A stretch of 64,000 nucleotides of DNA from a virus. This document shows positions 20,508-31,209 of the stretch, in pieces (position 1 is the stretch's first letter; each line of letters opens with the position of its first letter). Position numbers and translations under genes: made by a program. Location of the stretch: positions 32,001 through 96,000 of the IMG/VR virus record IMGVR_UViG_3300036770_000877. The stretch is one strand, 5' to 3'. The notes below the pieces were generated by a model that saw only the letters and a program-made list of their open reading frames with translations, was not told the DNA's origin and searched no databases.

Positions 20508-22351
20508 TATGCATTATTCAGGTATCTTACGATAACAATACCCGACCCTCCGTTTCCTCCAGTAGATCCAGTTGTATTTGTAAATCCTCCTCCGCCACCG
20601 CCAGTATTGGCAGCACCAGAAACTCCAGGCACTCCAGAACCATTTGATCCTGCACCACCACCGCCTTGACCTCCAGTGCTACCAGGATATGGAGATGTAT
20701 GAGCAGAACCGCCACCACCACCAGCAAACCAACCTGCAGCACCATATGTTGTACCAAAGTACGAGCTCATGTTTCTTCCTACACCACCATTACCATTTGA
20801 ACTTTGTGTTGTAGGTCCACCAGCTCCACCAGCTCCGCCTCCACCTGCTGAATAATAAGGAGGGCTTTGTGATGCACTACTTGGATCATCTCCTCCAGGA
20901 AATCCTTGACCAGGTGTATATCCACCACCTACGTAAGGACCGCTTGATGATTGAGTTCCTCCTGATCCGCTACCCCAAACATTTAGAGTTGTTGGTGGTT
21001 GCCAATCCCAACCATATGCACCTTGTCCTCCATTTGCAATAGAGACTCCAGTTATTGCTGGAGTTATGGATGTATTTTGACCATCCTTAGATGTTGATTG
21101 ATCTGAACCACCAGGTCTTGGAGTATATCCAGTGCCTCCCGCTCCTACTAAAACGCTATATGTTCCTGCTGGTGCTGTAATATTTTCGGCAAACATCAAG
21201 CCGCCAGCTCCACCGCCTGCTGCTCCACCAGCTCCGCCTCCTGCAATTAACATGTAGTCTGCTGAAACAGGTTTATTTATTTTAAGTGTTGAGGTTCCAG
21301 TTGTCGTAAAAACATGCATCTTATAGTTTCCAAAAGTTGTTATCGTTCCACCTTCCATTGCTGGACCTAAATAAAATATTCTATCTACATAGTTTCCACC
21401 AGTATCTATAGCTCTTACTGTTATTTCTGAAAATACTTCTTGAGATGGTGTTCCAGAAATAACGCCAGTTTCTTGATTTAAAGATAATCCACTAGGTAAA
21501 GTTCCATACACAATTGAATAATCAATATCTGTATTTTCAGTATCAGATGCTAATAATGTTGTAGAATAAGGAACTCCAGTAGAAATTACTGGCAGATTTG
21601 AATTTGTTTGCCATGATGGAGAAGATCCAGCAGTTATACTATTTGAAAGAATATGTAAATTAGATCCTGTAGGAGATGTTACTCCTGGATTTGTTACCTT
21701 TAAAGAATATGTTCCTGGTGCAAAGCTATCTGGTCTTACAAATGTAATTGATGTATTAGATACACGAGTAAATGATTTAGGTGTTATTTCATTATTATTT
21801 GAGTCTACTATTTTTAAATCTACGTTTAATGCAAAATTTCCACCAGTAATAGTTGCTGAATCATCTATATTTACTAAAGCTGTTGGTGTAACTGAAGATA
21901 AAAATGGTCCTGCGGTTGTTTGAGATGTAGTTGTATCTGCAGTAAATGTTGTTTTATAGCTAAATGAAAGCAGGTCTCCCTGTGACCCACCTATAACTAC
22001 TATTTTATTAAAGTTACCAGTAGCATTTAATGATGGGGACTTTGTGTATCCAACAACTGAGCCATCTCCTGAATATACATATATGTCGTAAGTAGCATCT
22101 CCAAGAGCTGAATTAATTGTGTAAGCTCCAGCAAAGTATTCTTTTGTAAATGTGGCAGTTGTAACTGACCCATTGAGAGTTACGTTAAAGTCATTTGCTC
22201 CTGTTGCTGGAAGCCATCCAGAAGATGTATAAATTTCTTGTACGCCGAGTGTACCATTATAAAATGTTTGGCCAATTGCTGGATTTGCAGGTCTATCTGA
22301 AGATGTACCAAAAGGTACCCCTCCAAGCGCAGATGTTCTAATATCGCTCAT
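20507..22351 (-). CDS. Glycine-rich virion protein with IPT/Ig domains
   Basis: Paralogue of the two genes above; TAATG coupling at 22351. Confidence 0.8.
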   Translation of the reverse strand: MSDIRTSALGGVPFGTSSDRPANPAIGQTFYNGTLGVQEIYTSSGWLPATGANDFNVTLNGSVTTATFTKEYFAGAYTINSALGDATYDIYVYSGDGSVVGYTKSPSLNATGNFNKIVVIGGSQGDLLSFSYKTTFTADTTTSQTTAGPFLSSVTPTALVNIDDSATITGGNFALNVDLKIVDSNNNEITPKSFTRVSNTSITFVRPDSFAPGTYSLKVTNPGVTSPTGSNLHILSNSITAGSSPSWQTNSNLPVISTGVPYSTTLLASDTENTDIDYSIVYGTLPSGLSLNQETGVISGTPSQEVFSEITVRAIDTGGNYVDRIFYLGPAMEGGTITTFGNYKMHVFTTTGTSTLKINKPVSADYMLIAGGGAGGAAGGGAGGLMFAENITAPAGTYSVLVGAGGTGYTPRPGGSDQSTSKDGQNTSITPAITGVSIANGGQGAYGWDWQPPTTLNVWGSGSGGTQSSSGPYVGGGYTPGQGFPGGDDPSSASQSPPYYSAGGGGAGGAGGPTTQSSNGNGGVGRNMSSYFGTTYGAAGWFAGGGGGSAHTSPYPGSTGGQGGGGAGSNGSGVPGVSGAANTGGGGGGFTNTTGSTGGNGGSGIVIVRYLNNA

Positions 22352-24219
22352 TATCCAACCTTCCATCCATAGGTGCTACCAGTATAAAGTAATGTATACC
22401 AGCCACCATTATTGTCAATTATTAAATTGCCAGTCCCGCCATTTATTTTATTGCCGTTTCTAGCCACAGTTATATTATACGTTGAAGCGTTCCCAGAAGC
22501 ATCTACGATCTGAATCTCATCGTTTAGCGCAGGTGACGCAGGTAGCGTCAATGTAAGCGCAGAAGCCGATGTAACAAAATATCTCTTTTTAGCTACCAAG
22601 TTAGTGTTAGCAGATATTGATAATGGGGCTACTGAAGTATTGGCAGCAAGTAAGGCATCTGTTTCTGCCTGTGTATATGTATCTACTGCATTAAAATTAG
22701 TTACTGTAAGTACTTCAATTATATCCCCCGCCGTTGCGTCGGCAGTAAGAACAACTGTATGCTCTGTAGGTGTTGTATAGTCTGTAGTACGAATAAGCAG
22801 AATACCATTCATAAATACCTGCTCGTATCCAGGAATGAATGGAACAGTTGTAGTAAATGTATCTTGTTCTGCTACTGCTGTAAATACTTGACGACGTACT
22901 AGATTTGGATCAAATACGTCAACCTCATCATCTGAGTCAATCCATATCTGTCCTACTTCTGGAGATGTTGGAGCAGTTGTTTGATACAGGGCACCTGGTT
23001 GTGTAGATGCATCAATCTGATCAATAACGAATGCTGTTGTAGCAATTTGTGTAGTATCTGTTCCTACCGCTGCTGTCGGCGCTGTAGGTGTACCTGTAAA
23101 TGTAGGCGATGCTGATGGAGCCTTAGTTCCAAGAGCTGTTGTTACCGTGGCTGCAAATGATGCGTCATCATTAATAGCCGCTGCTAATTCATTTAAAGTA
23201 TCTAGTGTTGCAGGAGCTGCATCTACAATTGCAGCAGCCGCTGCTGAAGCAGCGTTATCTGCATAAGTCTTTGTAGCTAGGTCTGCGGTATTTGCAATAC
23301 CGTGAATATTAGTTGTGTCTGATTCATGTGATGATAAAGCAGATGCTGCAGCAGATTGTGCTGCTGCTGCTGATCCAGCGGGATCAAATAGGTTATCAAT
23401 AGTCTGATTAGTCCATAGCCCAGTAGTTGAGTTATATCTTAGTACCTGATTATTTTGCTTCCCGCTTATGTAGACATCATGAATTTCATCTAGCTCAAAC
23501 CCGTTTTGAACCTTTACAAAGATAGATCCTGTGTTTACTTGGGCTCTAGTTACAATACCTACAAATACTAAATGCTGTGGAGCATATGGCTTATTAGCCA
23601 AACCATAAATTACTGAACCTGGAGTAGATCCTAGCCATACTGGATCTCCTGGTTGAGCTGTTGAAGTATCAATGCCTTCAATAAGACCTTCGGTTACTAC
23701 CGTTCCAATTGCACCGTCTGCTACGGTATCTTCCATAATTCCAAAAGTTTTAGATGATGTTGATTCGGCAGAGTTTGAAGAAAGAACTACTCTAAGTTGA
23801 CCCGATGCTCCTACAGCCCCAGCTGCGGAAACTACCTGACCTTTATAAATAGTTGAACCAGTATTATTTACTACTTCTTGAGAAATTTTATTTGCAGTTC
23901 CACCAACACCAGTTAGTATTACTTGGTTTCCTACGTCGTCATATGTGGCGGTAAGGTTGACATGGTTTGCATGGTTAAAAAGGGCTGCCGAAGCATCCTG
24001 AGCCATTTCGTCTGTATATGTAGGAACAGTCTCTAATTGACGTACTCTATAGTCAAGGCTAGTGGTATTTGCCGAGTTGTTTATTCCAACCTTAGTCTCT
24101 AAGGCTTCAATGGCATCATTCGCATCCGCATGTTGCTGAGAGTGCGATGGAGCATCTAGTTCGTTTGTGCTGGCGGGATTTGTTAGGTTATCCAGCGAAG
24201 TCGGGAAATTGGTAGCCAT
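22351..24219 (-). CDS. Tail fibre-like protein
   Basis: MATNFPTSLD..HADANDAIEALETKVG; APATLDTLNELAAAI; FTGTPTAPTA..TQIATTAFV. Confidence 0.8.
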   Translation of the reverse strand: MATNFPTSLDNLTNPASTNELDAPSHSQQHADANDAIEALETKVGINNSANTTSLDYRVRQLETVPTYTDEMAQDASAALFNHANHVNLTATYDDVGNQVILTGVGGTANKISQEVVNNTGSTIYKGQVVSAAGAVGASGQLRVVLSSNSAESTSSKTFGIMEDTVADGAIGTVVTEGLIEGIDTSTAQPGDPVWLGSTPGSVIYGLANKPYAPQHLVFVGIVTRAQVNTGSIFVKVQNGFELDEIHDVYISGKQNNQVLRYNSTTGLWTNQTIDNLFDPAGSAAAAQSAAASALSSHESDTTNIHGIANTADLATKTYADNAASAAAAAIVDAAPATLDTLNELAAAINDDASFAATVTTALGTKAPSASPTFTGTPTAPTAAVGTDTTQIATTAFVIDQIDASTQPGALYQTTAPTSPEVGQIWIDSDDEVDVFDPNLVRRQVFTAVAEQDTFTTTVPFIPGYEQVFMNGILLIRTTDYTTPTEHTVVLTADATAGDIIEVLTVTNFNAVDTYTQAETDALLAANTSVAPLSISANTNLVAKKRYFVTSASALTLTLPASPALNDEIQIVDASGNASTYNITVARNGNKINGGTGNLIIDNNGGWYTLLYTGSTYGWKVG

Positions 24220-24243
24220 ACCTTCCTATTATACCCCGAATAT

Positions 24244-24528
24244 CTACCAAAAGTGCTTTATGATAGCAGCTGAAGCCAAAATAGACCATCCTATATTAAA
24301 ATATATAATAGTAGGCAAAGTCTTGACTGTTGAAGTAAGTATCAAGGTCAAGCTTGATGCGAGAGCAAATATGTAAAGCCACCAAAACTGAACCCCGAAA
24401 AGAAGTCCAGGAAATATGATTGCAAGTTTTGTTGAGAATGCCCAGAACTCAATAATATTGGTTTTGTTCCAATATGACTTTTGTCCTAGTTGTTTTGTTA
24501 CTTCTACGATTTCTTTAGGCTTTATCAT
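24244..24528 (-). CDS. Small multi-pass membrane protein
   Basis: About three hydrophobic segments; ATGA coupling. Confidence 0.7.
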   Translation of the reverse strand: MIKPKEIVEVTKQLGQKSYWNKTNIIEFWAFSTKLAIIFPGLLFGVQFWWLYIFALASSLTLILTSTVKTLPTIIYFNIGWSILASAAIIKHFW

Positions 24529-25229
24529 TCGTAGCTTTTCTTTGCCCAAGCATTGTCTCTATACCACCCTAAAATTTTTCTTACGGACTTACTAGATGCT
24601 TTCCAACCTTCTAAAATAATATCTTTACAGTATTCTGAGATCCACTTATCTCTTTTAAATGGAATAATCTGGAAAAGAGGTGTTCCCATTTCTATGATAC
24701 CGCTAAAATCTTCTTTTAAAAATATTGAATAGTTTCCTGGAAATAAAGGATATTTATCAGTATCTATAATTGCAGACAAACCATAGAATGGTAGGTCTGG
24801 TCTATTAAATGGTTGAGTTATAAGTATGCTATATCCTGGTGGTGTTTTTATATATAACGGATGGCTTAATGTATAGTGAACATCTGAATATCCAGCCATT
24901 TTTGGCATAAATCCAGATTGGGCGCTATCTCTAACTCCAATTATGTTATCTTCTTTTTCTTTCCATCTTATATTTTGAATCCCAGTATTTTCATCTTTTA
25001 TCACATAAAGATCTGCCCATAGCTCAAAAATATATCCAGAAATCATAGCGTCCGTAAATGGCATACAAACTTTAAAAGTTTTTTTAGCATTTAGCAAATT
25101 TTCGTCTGGCGTCCCCATGAATCTAGGAGTTTTTTTAAACCACTCTGGAAGATAAGACTTTGCTGGCTTTGGAAAAGATATATCCCAAAGCCTGTCTGAT
25201 AGAGCAAACTTTATTGTTTTATTTTTCAT
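24525..25229 (-). CDS. Hypothetical beta-rich protein (DUF6065/dUTPase-fold-like)
   Basis: CMPFTDAM..GY, TPPGYSILITQP, GTPLFQIIPFKR motifs. Confidence 0.6.
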   Translation of the reverse strand: MKNKTIKFALSDRLWDISFPKPAKSYLPEWFKKTPRFMGTPDENLLNAKKTFKVCMPFTDAMISGYIFELWADLYVIKDENTGIQNIRWKEKEDNIIGVRDSAQSGFMPKMAGYSDVHYTLSHPLYIKTPPGYSILITQPFNRPDLPFYGLSAIIDTDKYPLFPGNYSIFLKEDFSGIIEMGTPLFQIIPFKRDKWISEYCKDIILEGWKASSKSVRKILGWYRDNAWAKKSYE

Positions 25230-26808
25230 TATGGATATTTTCCTTTAGCCATTGATACATAGTTGGTGAAGCATCTGCTTCTTCCTGCCAAAGTTTACGG
25301 AATAGATCCCATGTCTTCCACGTATCTTTGCAGTATTCATAATAATCGATACCGTCATAGTGATGCCATCTTTCTACTGTATCTTTAGTAACAGGGAAAT
25401 AATTAAGTCCTGTAGCAATACAGTGGATTCCACCAACCCCGTCATATCTTTGACGATTAATGTGAATATCACCCATATCTTGGAATCCAATAACCATAGA
25501 TGGATTTAATTCTTGAAGATCTGGCTGGAATGTCTTATCTGTAATATCCTGCCAATATTTTGTATCTTGTCTATTTGAAAGAGCATAATGTTGAGCAACA
25601 AACTCCTTAAATCCAAGATACTGTCTACGTGTTGTCATATTATAAACATCACGATCTGTTTGTGTTACCGTTCCACGGCTTAATGTCTTTACTAGCTTAT
25701 CTAGAAACTCATGGACTGTAAATAGACCATTAGATTCTAGCGGCTCAATAAATCCAGCAGCAAATCCAATAGCAACAACATTCTTTACAAATGTGCGCTT
25801 ATGAATTCCCACCTTAAACTTAATATACCTGTATTCAAAATTATCTACATCACGATTTGGATCATGTATAGTCATCTTATCTGATCTTAAGTGATCCTTA
25901 AATTCCTGCAGAGCATCTTCCTTTGAGATGTACTTATCGCTAAATACATATCCTGTTCCGATACGTTCCCATGAAGGAATATTCCATACCCAGCCATTTT
26001 CAATGGCAATACAGTTAGTGTATGGCTCCATCTCTTTTTCCTTATCCGTATAAGGAATACGAGTAGCCCATGCGCTGTTATTTGGAAGCATATGCTCAAA
26101 ATCATCCCATGGCTCGTTCAATGCACCTTCGAGCAACATTGATTTAAATCCAGTACAGTCAATAAATAGATCTGCAGTTATCTTTTCTCCAGTAGTTAGA
26201 GTTACTGATTCAATTCCCGCATCATTTGTAGAAACCTCAGTTACTGTATCTGCTACTACTATAACTCCACGAGGAATACAGTAGTTATTCTTTAGCCACT
26301 GACCAAACTTAGTAGCGTCAAAGTGGTATGCGACATCTTGCTTAAAGTTAAAGTTACCCAACTTGCCCGATTCATTCCATGACAGCTTATTCTGTTCTGC
26401 CAAAGTAAGGGCGGGGAAGAAAGTGCGAGCATAATCTGCTACATCTAGATCTGGAAACTTAGCCTTCTTAACATACCAGTCATTAAGACCATTAACTGTT
26501 CCATCTAGGAATACCTTACCAAATGGGTAGTGGAATCCACCAGCATCCTTATTATAAAAATCTGTAAACTTAATAGACATCTTATATACAGCATCTGTTG
26601 CTGGCATAAAGTCTTTTTCATCAATACCAATCCAATTAGCCCATCCAGTAATCCCGCCTAATGTAGATTCTCCCACACCAATAATCGGATAATCTGGGGA
26701 TTCTATTACAACAATTTCCTTATCTGGAAATGCTCTAATCATGGAAGCGGCTGACATCCAGCCAGCTGACCCTCCACCAACAATAACAATCTTATTTAAA
26801 TTAATCAA
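25219..26808 (-). CDS. Flavin-dependent (tryptophan) halogenase family protein
   Basis: GGGSAGW FAD motif, IGVGEST, conserved Lys in YKMSIKF, AYHFDA, FIDCTGF, GWVWNIP, GFIEPLES. Confidence 0.9.
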   Translation of the reverse strand: MINLNKIVIVGGGSAGWMSAASMIRAFPDKEIVVIESPDYPIIGVGESTLGGITGWANWIGIDEKDFMPATDAVYKMSIKFTDFYNKDAGGFHYPFGKVFLDGTVNGLNDWYVKKAKFPDLDVADYARTFFPALTLAEQNKLSWNESGKLGNFNFKQDVAYHFDATKFGQWLKNNYCIPRGVIVVADTVTEVSTNDAGIESVTLTTGEKITADLFIDCTGFKSMLLEGALNEPWDDFEHMLPNNSAWATRIPYTDKEKEMEPYTNCIAIENGWVWNIPSWERIGTGYVFSDKYISKEDALQEFKDHLRSDKMTIHDPNRDVDNFEYRYIKFKVGIHKRTFVKNVVAIGFAAGFIEPLESNGLFTVHEFLDKLVKTLSRGTVTQTDRDVYNMTTRRQYLGFKEFVAQHYALSNRQDTKYWQDITDKTFQPDLQELNPSMVIGFQDMGDIHINRQRYDGVGGIHCIATGLNYFPVTKDTVERWHHYDGIDYYEYCKDTWKTWDLFRKLWQEEADASPTMYQWLKENIHNEK

Positions 26809-26884
26809 TGATATACCTATCTCTAAAAAGACTAATGCCTCTACTTATAGGTTACTATAATAGAGGCATTTTGTCAATGCTTTT

Positions 26885-27169
26885 TTATGAAAGCTTTATC
26901 CAAGCTGTGGTTTCTTCGTCCCAGCGATAAACTCCATCTTGAGGGGCTAATCCTGCTGGAGATTCCCACTCATAAGTTTCTTCATTAAATATCCAGGAAT
27001 TCCATGGTTTAATATCTATAAATTTATTGGACTCAAAATCATATGTTGATCCAATATGAGCATCTCTTGTTGACTCTGTTACTCTTACGTATCCAGCAGA
27101 GTTAAAAGATTCATCTCCAACAATTATATTAACTACTGTATTATTTATTACTTGTGCAAACTTAATCAT
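26885..27169 (-). CDS. Small protein that follows glycine-rich genes (putative chaperone)
   Basis: FAQVINNTVVNIIV..IGSTYD..FI..KPWNSW..W..P..Y.WDE; paralogue of 31210-31503. Confidence 0.75.
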   Translation of the reverse strand: MIKFAQVINNTVVNIIVGDESFNSAGYVRVTESTRDAHIGSTYDFESNKFIDIKPWNSWIFNEETYEWESPAGLAPQDGVYRWDEETTAWIKLS

Positions 27170-28254
27170 ACGATATAGTACCTCACTATCACTGCACCAG
27201 ACACTGCATTTTCAGTGCTTGAACCACCAGTTCCTCTTCCTCCAGCGCCATAATATCTTTCTGTAGCATATACTCCAGCTCTTCCAGGGCTATGCTGAGC
27301 TCCGCCGCCGCCAGATCCATAATATCTAGTTGTTCCTTCAATGTCTGAAGCATGCCCAGGTCCACCTGGCCAATCGCTATTAAATGAATTTCTTGTAAAT
27401 GCGCTTGGTGAACCAGCTGCGCCTGCTCCACCTACTCCATAATGATCTCCATTATTATGCTGAACATTGCCACCAGCAAAACCTCCGTGATGGGTTGGTG
27501 AGCCTGTAGTACCTAATCCAGTTCCTGCTGTTTGTGCTATTCCAGCTCCTCCAGTATATAATGATCCATTACTGTGCGCTCCAGCTCCGCCACCATTACC
27601 TCCAGCAATTCCGTTTTCATTATTACACCTTCCGCCGCCGCCGCCGAGAGCGTAAACATTTCCAAAATAAGTTGAGCCACCTACTTGCCCCGTACCAGAA
27701 CTAGAACCACCATATCCAACTGTAACTGAAGTGGTTCCCACTGCTTGGTATGCATTAAGCTTAACAACGTTTCCGCCACCTCCGCCGCCTCCATAGTGTG
27801 CTCCACCTCCGCCGCCTCCAACTAAAAGAACATTGATTAGTGGAAGTGCGTTATTAGGTAATACAAAGTTTCCTGATGATGAGATTACGGAAGGGAATGA
27901 AGCAATTGCTAGTTTACCTATAGATGGGTCTGCATCAAACGGGTTATTGTAAACAGATGTTGCCTTAACTTGCGCCTTATACAAAGAAATCATATCATTT
28001 GTGGGGGCAATTATATCAACTCTTGTAAATGAATGGCTAATGTAGGTAAGTTTATTTAATGCTGCTCCAGTACTTGTTCCAGCTCCAACAAAATATGCAT
28101 AACCATTTTCTTGGTTAGTTGAGTAAAGAGCATAGTACCCTGCTGAACCTCCTTGAGACCAAGAGCGATTGAAAGTTTCCATATGAACAGAAGCTATAAA
28201 ATTTAAATTTGCTTGGCCTCCGCCAGCTTGAGAAGGAAAACTGTTAATTGCCAT
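27166..28254 (-). CDS. Glycine-rich virion protein
   Basis: NVLLVGGGGGG..GAVIVRY; paralogue of 31500-32585. Confidence 0.8.
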   Translation of the reverse strand: MAINSFPSQAGGGQANLNFIASVHMETFNRSWSQGGSAGYYALYSTNQENGYAYFVGAGTSTGAALNKLTYISHSFTRVDIIAPTNDMISLYKAQVKATSVYNNPFDADPSIGKLAIASFPSVISSSGNFVLPNNALPLINVLLVGGGGGGAHYGGGGGGGNVVKLNAYQAVGTTSVTVGYGGSSSGTGQVGGSTYFGNVYALGGGGGRCNNENGIAGGNGGGAGAHSNGSLYTGGAGIAQTAGTGLGTTGSPTHHGGFAGGNVQHNNGDHYGVGGAGAAGSPSAFTRNSFNSDWPGGPGHASDIEGTTRYYGSGGGGAQHSPGRAGVYATERYYGAGGRGTGGSSTENAVSGAVIVRYYIV

Positions 28255-28586
28255 TAAACGTCAAGCTCCGCTCCAAAGACGTTGAATGATACTAGGCCAG
28301 ATGACGACTGAACTGTAACTACGTCATTTTGATTAAGTGTAATTCCAAGATTGAGCGATGTTGTTGAGTTTGAATTAACTTGAACATCATATGCTAGATA
28401 CATGTCGTCTGTTAATGTAGCTCCATCTGGGCGTACTGAAATTCTATATGTAGCAGAGTTTGCATCTCTATTCGCTACTGTAATACAGTTAATAATAGCG
28501 TCTTTTGTTCCGCTAACTGTGTAAATGTCCCAGCTAGTATTTGCTGCTGGTGACTTTTGTCCTAAAACCTTATATCTAATTGCCAT
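28254..28586 (-). CDS. Small beta-sandwich virion protein
   Basis: YKVLGQ..YTV..ITVANR..LAYD..SFNVFGAE; paralogue of 32585-32920. Confidence 0.75.
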   Translation of the reverse strand: MAIRYKVLGQKSPAANTSWDIYTVSGTKDAIINCITVANRDANSATYRISVRPDGATLTDDMYLAYDVQVNSNSTTSLNLGITLNQNDVVTVQSSSGLVSFNVFGAELDV

Positions 28587-28590
28587 ATTT

Positions 28591-28953
28591 TTATATTCCT
28601 ACCGTAAAGAATGGATGTAGCGATGCTCCCGCTCCAGATACCTGGTTAATTGCGGAAACTCTTGCAGATTCAATATCAGCTAACGCAGTCGCCCTGTCTG
28701 AGTTAACATCTGACAAAGAGTTTACACGCTTTGTCTCTAATGAAGCTAAAGAAGTTGTTGTCTTTGTATCAAGTTCTGTGATCTTTGCTGCTGTGGCTGC
28801 TACGATGTCATTAACACCTAGTAGTCCTCCAAGTTCGCCTAGAGCCTTAGCCATGTAAATCATGTCTTGGGCGTTCATAGCCGTGCTTGAAATTGCGCTT
28901 GTCATTTCTGACTTTAGCGCATCAATTTGTGTTGATAAACTATCGTATGCCAT
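28591..28953 (-). CDS. Coiled-coil virion protein
   Basis: LGVNDIVAATA..LETKRVNSL; paralogue of 32922-33290. Confidence 0.75.
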   Translation of the reverse strand: MAYDSLSTQIDALKSEMTSAISSTAMNAQDMIYMAKALGELGGLLGVNDIVAATAAKITELDTKTTTSLASLETKRVNSLSDVNSDRATALADIESARVSAINQVSGAGASLHPFFTVGI

Positions 28954-28991
28954 TCATAATCACCAACCTTAGTATAGCACGAGTCATATTA

Positions 28992-29582
28992 TTAGATCCC
29001 CAATCCTAGCTCTAGGCTTGTTATTCTAGCATTAAAGCTATTTACTGTGGCTGTTAGGGAAGCTATTTGAGATGCTACCTCCGCCGCAAAGTTGGGGTTG
29101 TCGTTTAGAGCGTCTGACAGTTCGCTAAGCGTATTAAGAAGGGCTGGGGCAGCTCCTACAAGATTTGATATTGACGTGTCAGTATACGAGTTAGCAGAAG
29201 ACAGAGCGTTGGCTGCCGCTGAGGTTGCAAAAGTCTGGGTAGCCAGGAGAGCTGTATTGGCAATACCATGAACATTTGTAGTTACTGAGTTGTGGGTAGA
29301 TATATCTGAAGCCACTGATGAATTTGTAGCAAGAACTGCGGTGTCTGCAATTCCGTGGACATCTGTAGTATCATTATTATGAGCAGTAATTGCTGATGTT
29401 AAGTCTGAGGCTAGTAAGTTAGCATAATTTAAAATTCCCCAGGCTGAGGATCCATTACCAATCTTAAACTTATTTAATGTAGTATCAATTCCAATTTCCC
29501 CCGCTTGAAGAACTGGATTATAGGTAGTCCAATTTGCTGTAGTGTCTCTACGCAACTTAAAAGTAACATTCATTGTTGTCAT
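28992..29582 (-). CDS. Fibre protein with hyaluronidase/Mtd N-terminal-like domain
   Basis: LRRDTTANWTTYNPVLQAGEIGIDTTLNKFKIGNG; VHGIADTA repeats; APALLNTLSEL. Confidence 0.8.
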   Translation of the reverse strand: MTTMNVTFKLRRDTTANWTTYNPVLQAGEIGIDTTLNKFKIGNGSSAWGILNYANLLASDLTSAITAHNNDTTDVHGIADTAVLATNSSVASDISTHNSVTTNVHGIANTALLATQTFATSAAANALSSANSYTDTSISNLVGAAPALLNTLSELSDALNDNPNFAAEVASQIASLTATVNSFNARITSLELGLGI

Positions 29583-29785
29583 GCTGGGTTTGCGTCCCCT
29601 CCGTCATAAGAGACCATTGATGCTAGTCCACCTGTAACTAAATCTCCATCATATGTATGAGTATGTTCAAATACTACTGCTGGATCTGTAAATAGTTCCC
29701 AAAAAACTCCAGTCCAACGCCATCTAATGCCGTTAGATTCATATGTTTGACCAACCGCAGGGCTGGATGGAAATATTGTAGCCAT
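29579..29785 (-). CDS. Small virion protein
   Basis: MATIFPSSPAVGQTYESNGIRWRWTG; TATAAT 6 nt before ATG 29785. Confidence 0.7.
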   Translation of the reverse strand: MATIFPSSPAVGQTYESNGIRWRWTGVFWELFTDPAVVFEHTHTYDGDLVTGGLASMVSYDGGDANPA

Positions 29786-29792
29786 AAAACTA

Positions 29793-31196
29793 TTATACCC
29801 TAACAGCGTATGAAGGAACAGTAATCTGTGATTGTGTTTGTGCAACTAAATAATAGTTGCTATTCTCTGTATAGTGTGCATATTGTGTTGCGCTTCCAGG
29901 TGTCTTTGCAACATTAAGAACTGGTGTTGGAGCCCAATACTGTGGTTTTTCAACTGGTGTTGGAAGGAATCCTGTAGCGATATAATCAGCCTTTGAATAC
30001 TTGTTATTAAACTTATCATACAAGTGTGTGGCATCTTCGTGGTATGTTCTACCATTCATGTGTCCGAGGGTAGTAAATGATGGTCCCTCTGAGAGCCCGA
30101 CGGTCTTAAAGTTCTTAATAGTTGTATATGAGTTAGTTGCTGGGTCGTAATATCCAAACCAGTAGTCAAATAAGACTCTTGATCCCTTATCTACTGCTGT
30201 ATAACGAGCACCTGAAATATAAACCTTACCCTGATAGGTAAAGATAAATGTTTCGTCTGCAGAAACTGACGGGAACCCATTCATCTTAGCAATTGGAGAC
30301 CATGTATTTGTAGTACCATTCCACTTATAGGCTAGATTTCCATAGTAATGAGATGTAGGAACATTTGATGTTTCTAAATAGTGCTGTCCAAATGTGTAGA
30401 CATTTCCGTCTCCAGGAGCAGCCATAAGAATATTCATTGTATTTAATGAGTCTGGGTATGCAGCCTTTGCTGTTTGAGTAAATGAATGTGTTGACATATC
30501 TTTTTCAATAAATGTTGTATACATTGTCTGGCTATGAGATTGAACTCCACCGCTTGAATTGTATACGCCGCCGCCAATGACATAAACTTTATTGTTTACA
30601 TAATCATGTGCAAATGAAGCACCACGATAGTTATTTGAATATAAATCTTGTGAAGCAAATGTTGAGCAGTTTACTACCTTACCAGCATAGTAAGCATTTG
30701 TAGATACATTATATGTAGGGTATGTCCATGCATAGTCAGTCCCGCCAACATTTCTTGTTGTAATAGTATTTGTTAGCTGAGTTGCTGGGGTTGTAGGAAT
30801 AGTAATGCTTGGTGTAGTATTAGTATTTGAACTAAGACCAGAAGCTACTGTAGCATTTGAGTTTGCTGGCCAGTAGATATAATCGCTATCGCTAACAAGA
30901 ATTATCTTTGCCCATTGCTTTGATGGGTTAAAGTTAAATGTAGTAGTTAGGTCTGGGTTTTCAAAAGACTCGTCAATTACGTTTCCGTCGCCATCTAAAA
31001 TATTAATATAGGCAACATTTGTAGGATTTGCTCCTGTAAATGTTAGGTTATAAATACCAGCATTTACAAGCATACCTACGTTAAGAATAAATATTCTTTG
31101 TTTGATTTGTGTTGATGTAGATGGGGCCTTAAACGTCAAAGTACCGCCTAGTGCGGGTAAGGAGTTTTTAGATACTAGATCTAAGGTTACTGCCAT
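29793..31196 (-). CDS. Kelch-like beta-propeller virion/receptor-binding protein
   Basis: KVYVIGGG, NVYTFG..YKWNGTTNTWSPIAKM, KVYISG..YDPATNSY. Confidence 0.65.
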   Translation of the reverse strand: MAVTLDLVSKNSLPALGGTLTFKAPSTSTQIKQRIFILNVGMLVNAGIYNLTFTGANPTNVAYINILDGDGNVIDESFENPDLTTTFNFNPSKQWAKIILVSDSDYIYWPANSNATVASGLSSNTNTTPSITIPTTPATQLTNTITTRNVGGTDYAWTYPTYNVSTNAYYAGKVVNCSTFASQDLYSNNYRGASFAHDYVNNKVYVIGGGVYNSSGGVQSHSQTMYTTFIEKDMSTHSFTQTAKAAYPDSLNTMNILMAAPGDGNVYTFGQHYLETSNVPTSHYYGNLAYKWNGTTNTWSPIAKMNGFPSVSADETFIFTYQGKVYISGARYTAVDKGSRVLFDYWFGYYDPATNSYTTIKNFKTVGLSEGPSFTTLGHMNGRTYHEDATHLYDKFNNKYSKADYIATGFLPTPVEKPQYWAPTPVLNVAKTPGSATQYAHYTENSNYYLVAQTQSQITVPSYAVRV

Positions 31197-31209
31197 TTAT
31201 TTCCTCCTA

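Noticed and set aside
28992-29582. Diversity-generating retroelement target (Mtd-like N-terminus)
   Set aside because: No reverse transcriptase or adenine-variable TR/VR pair was seen in the window.
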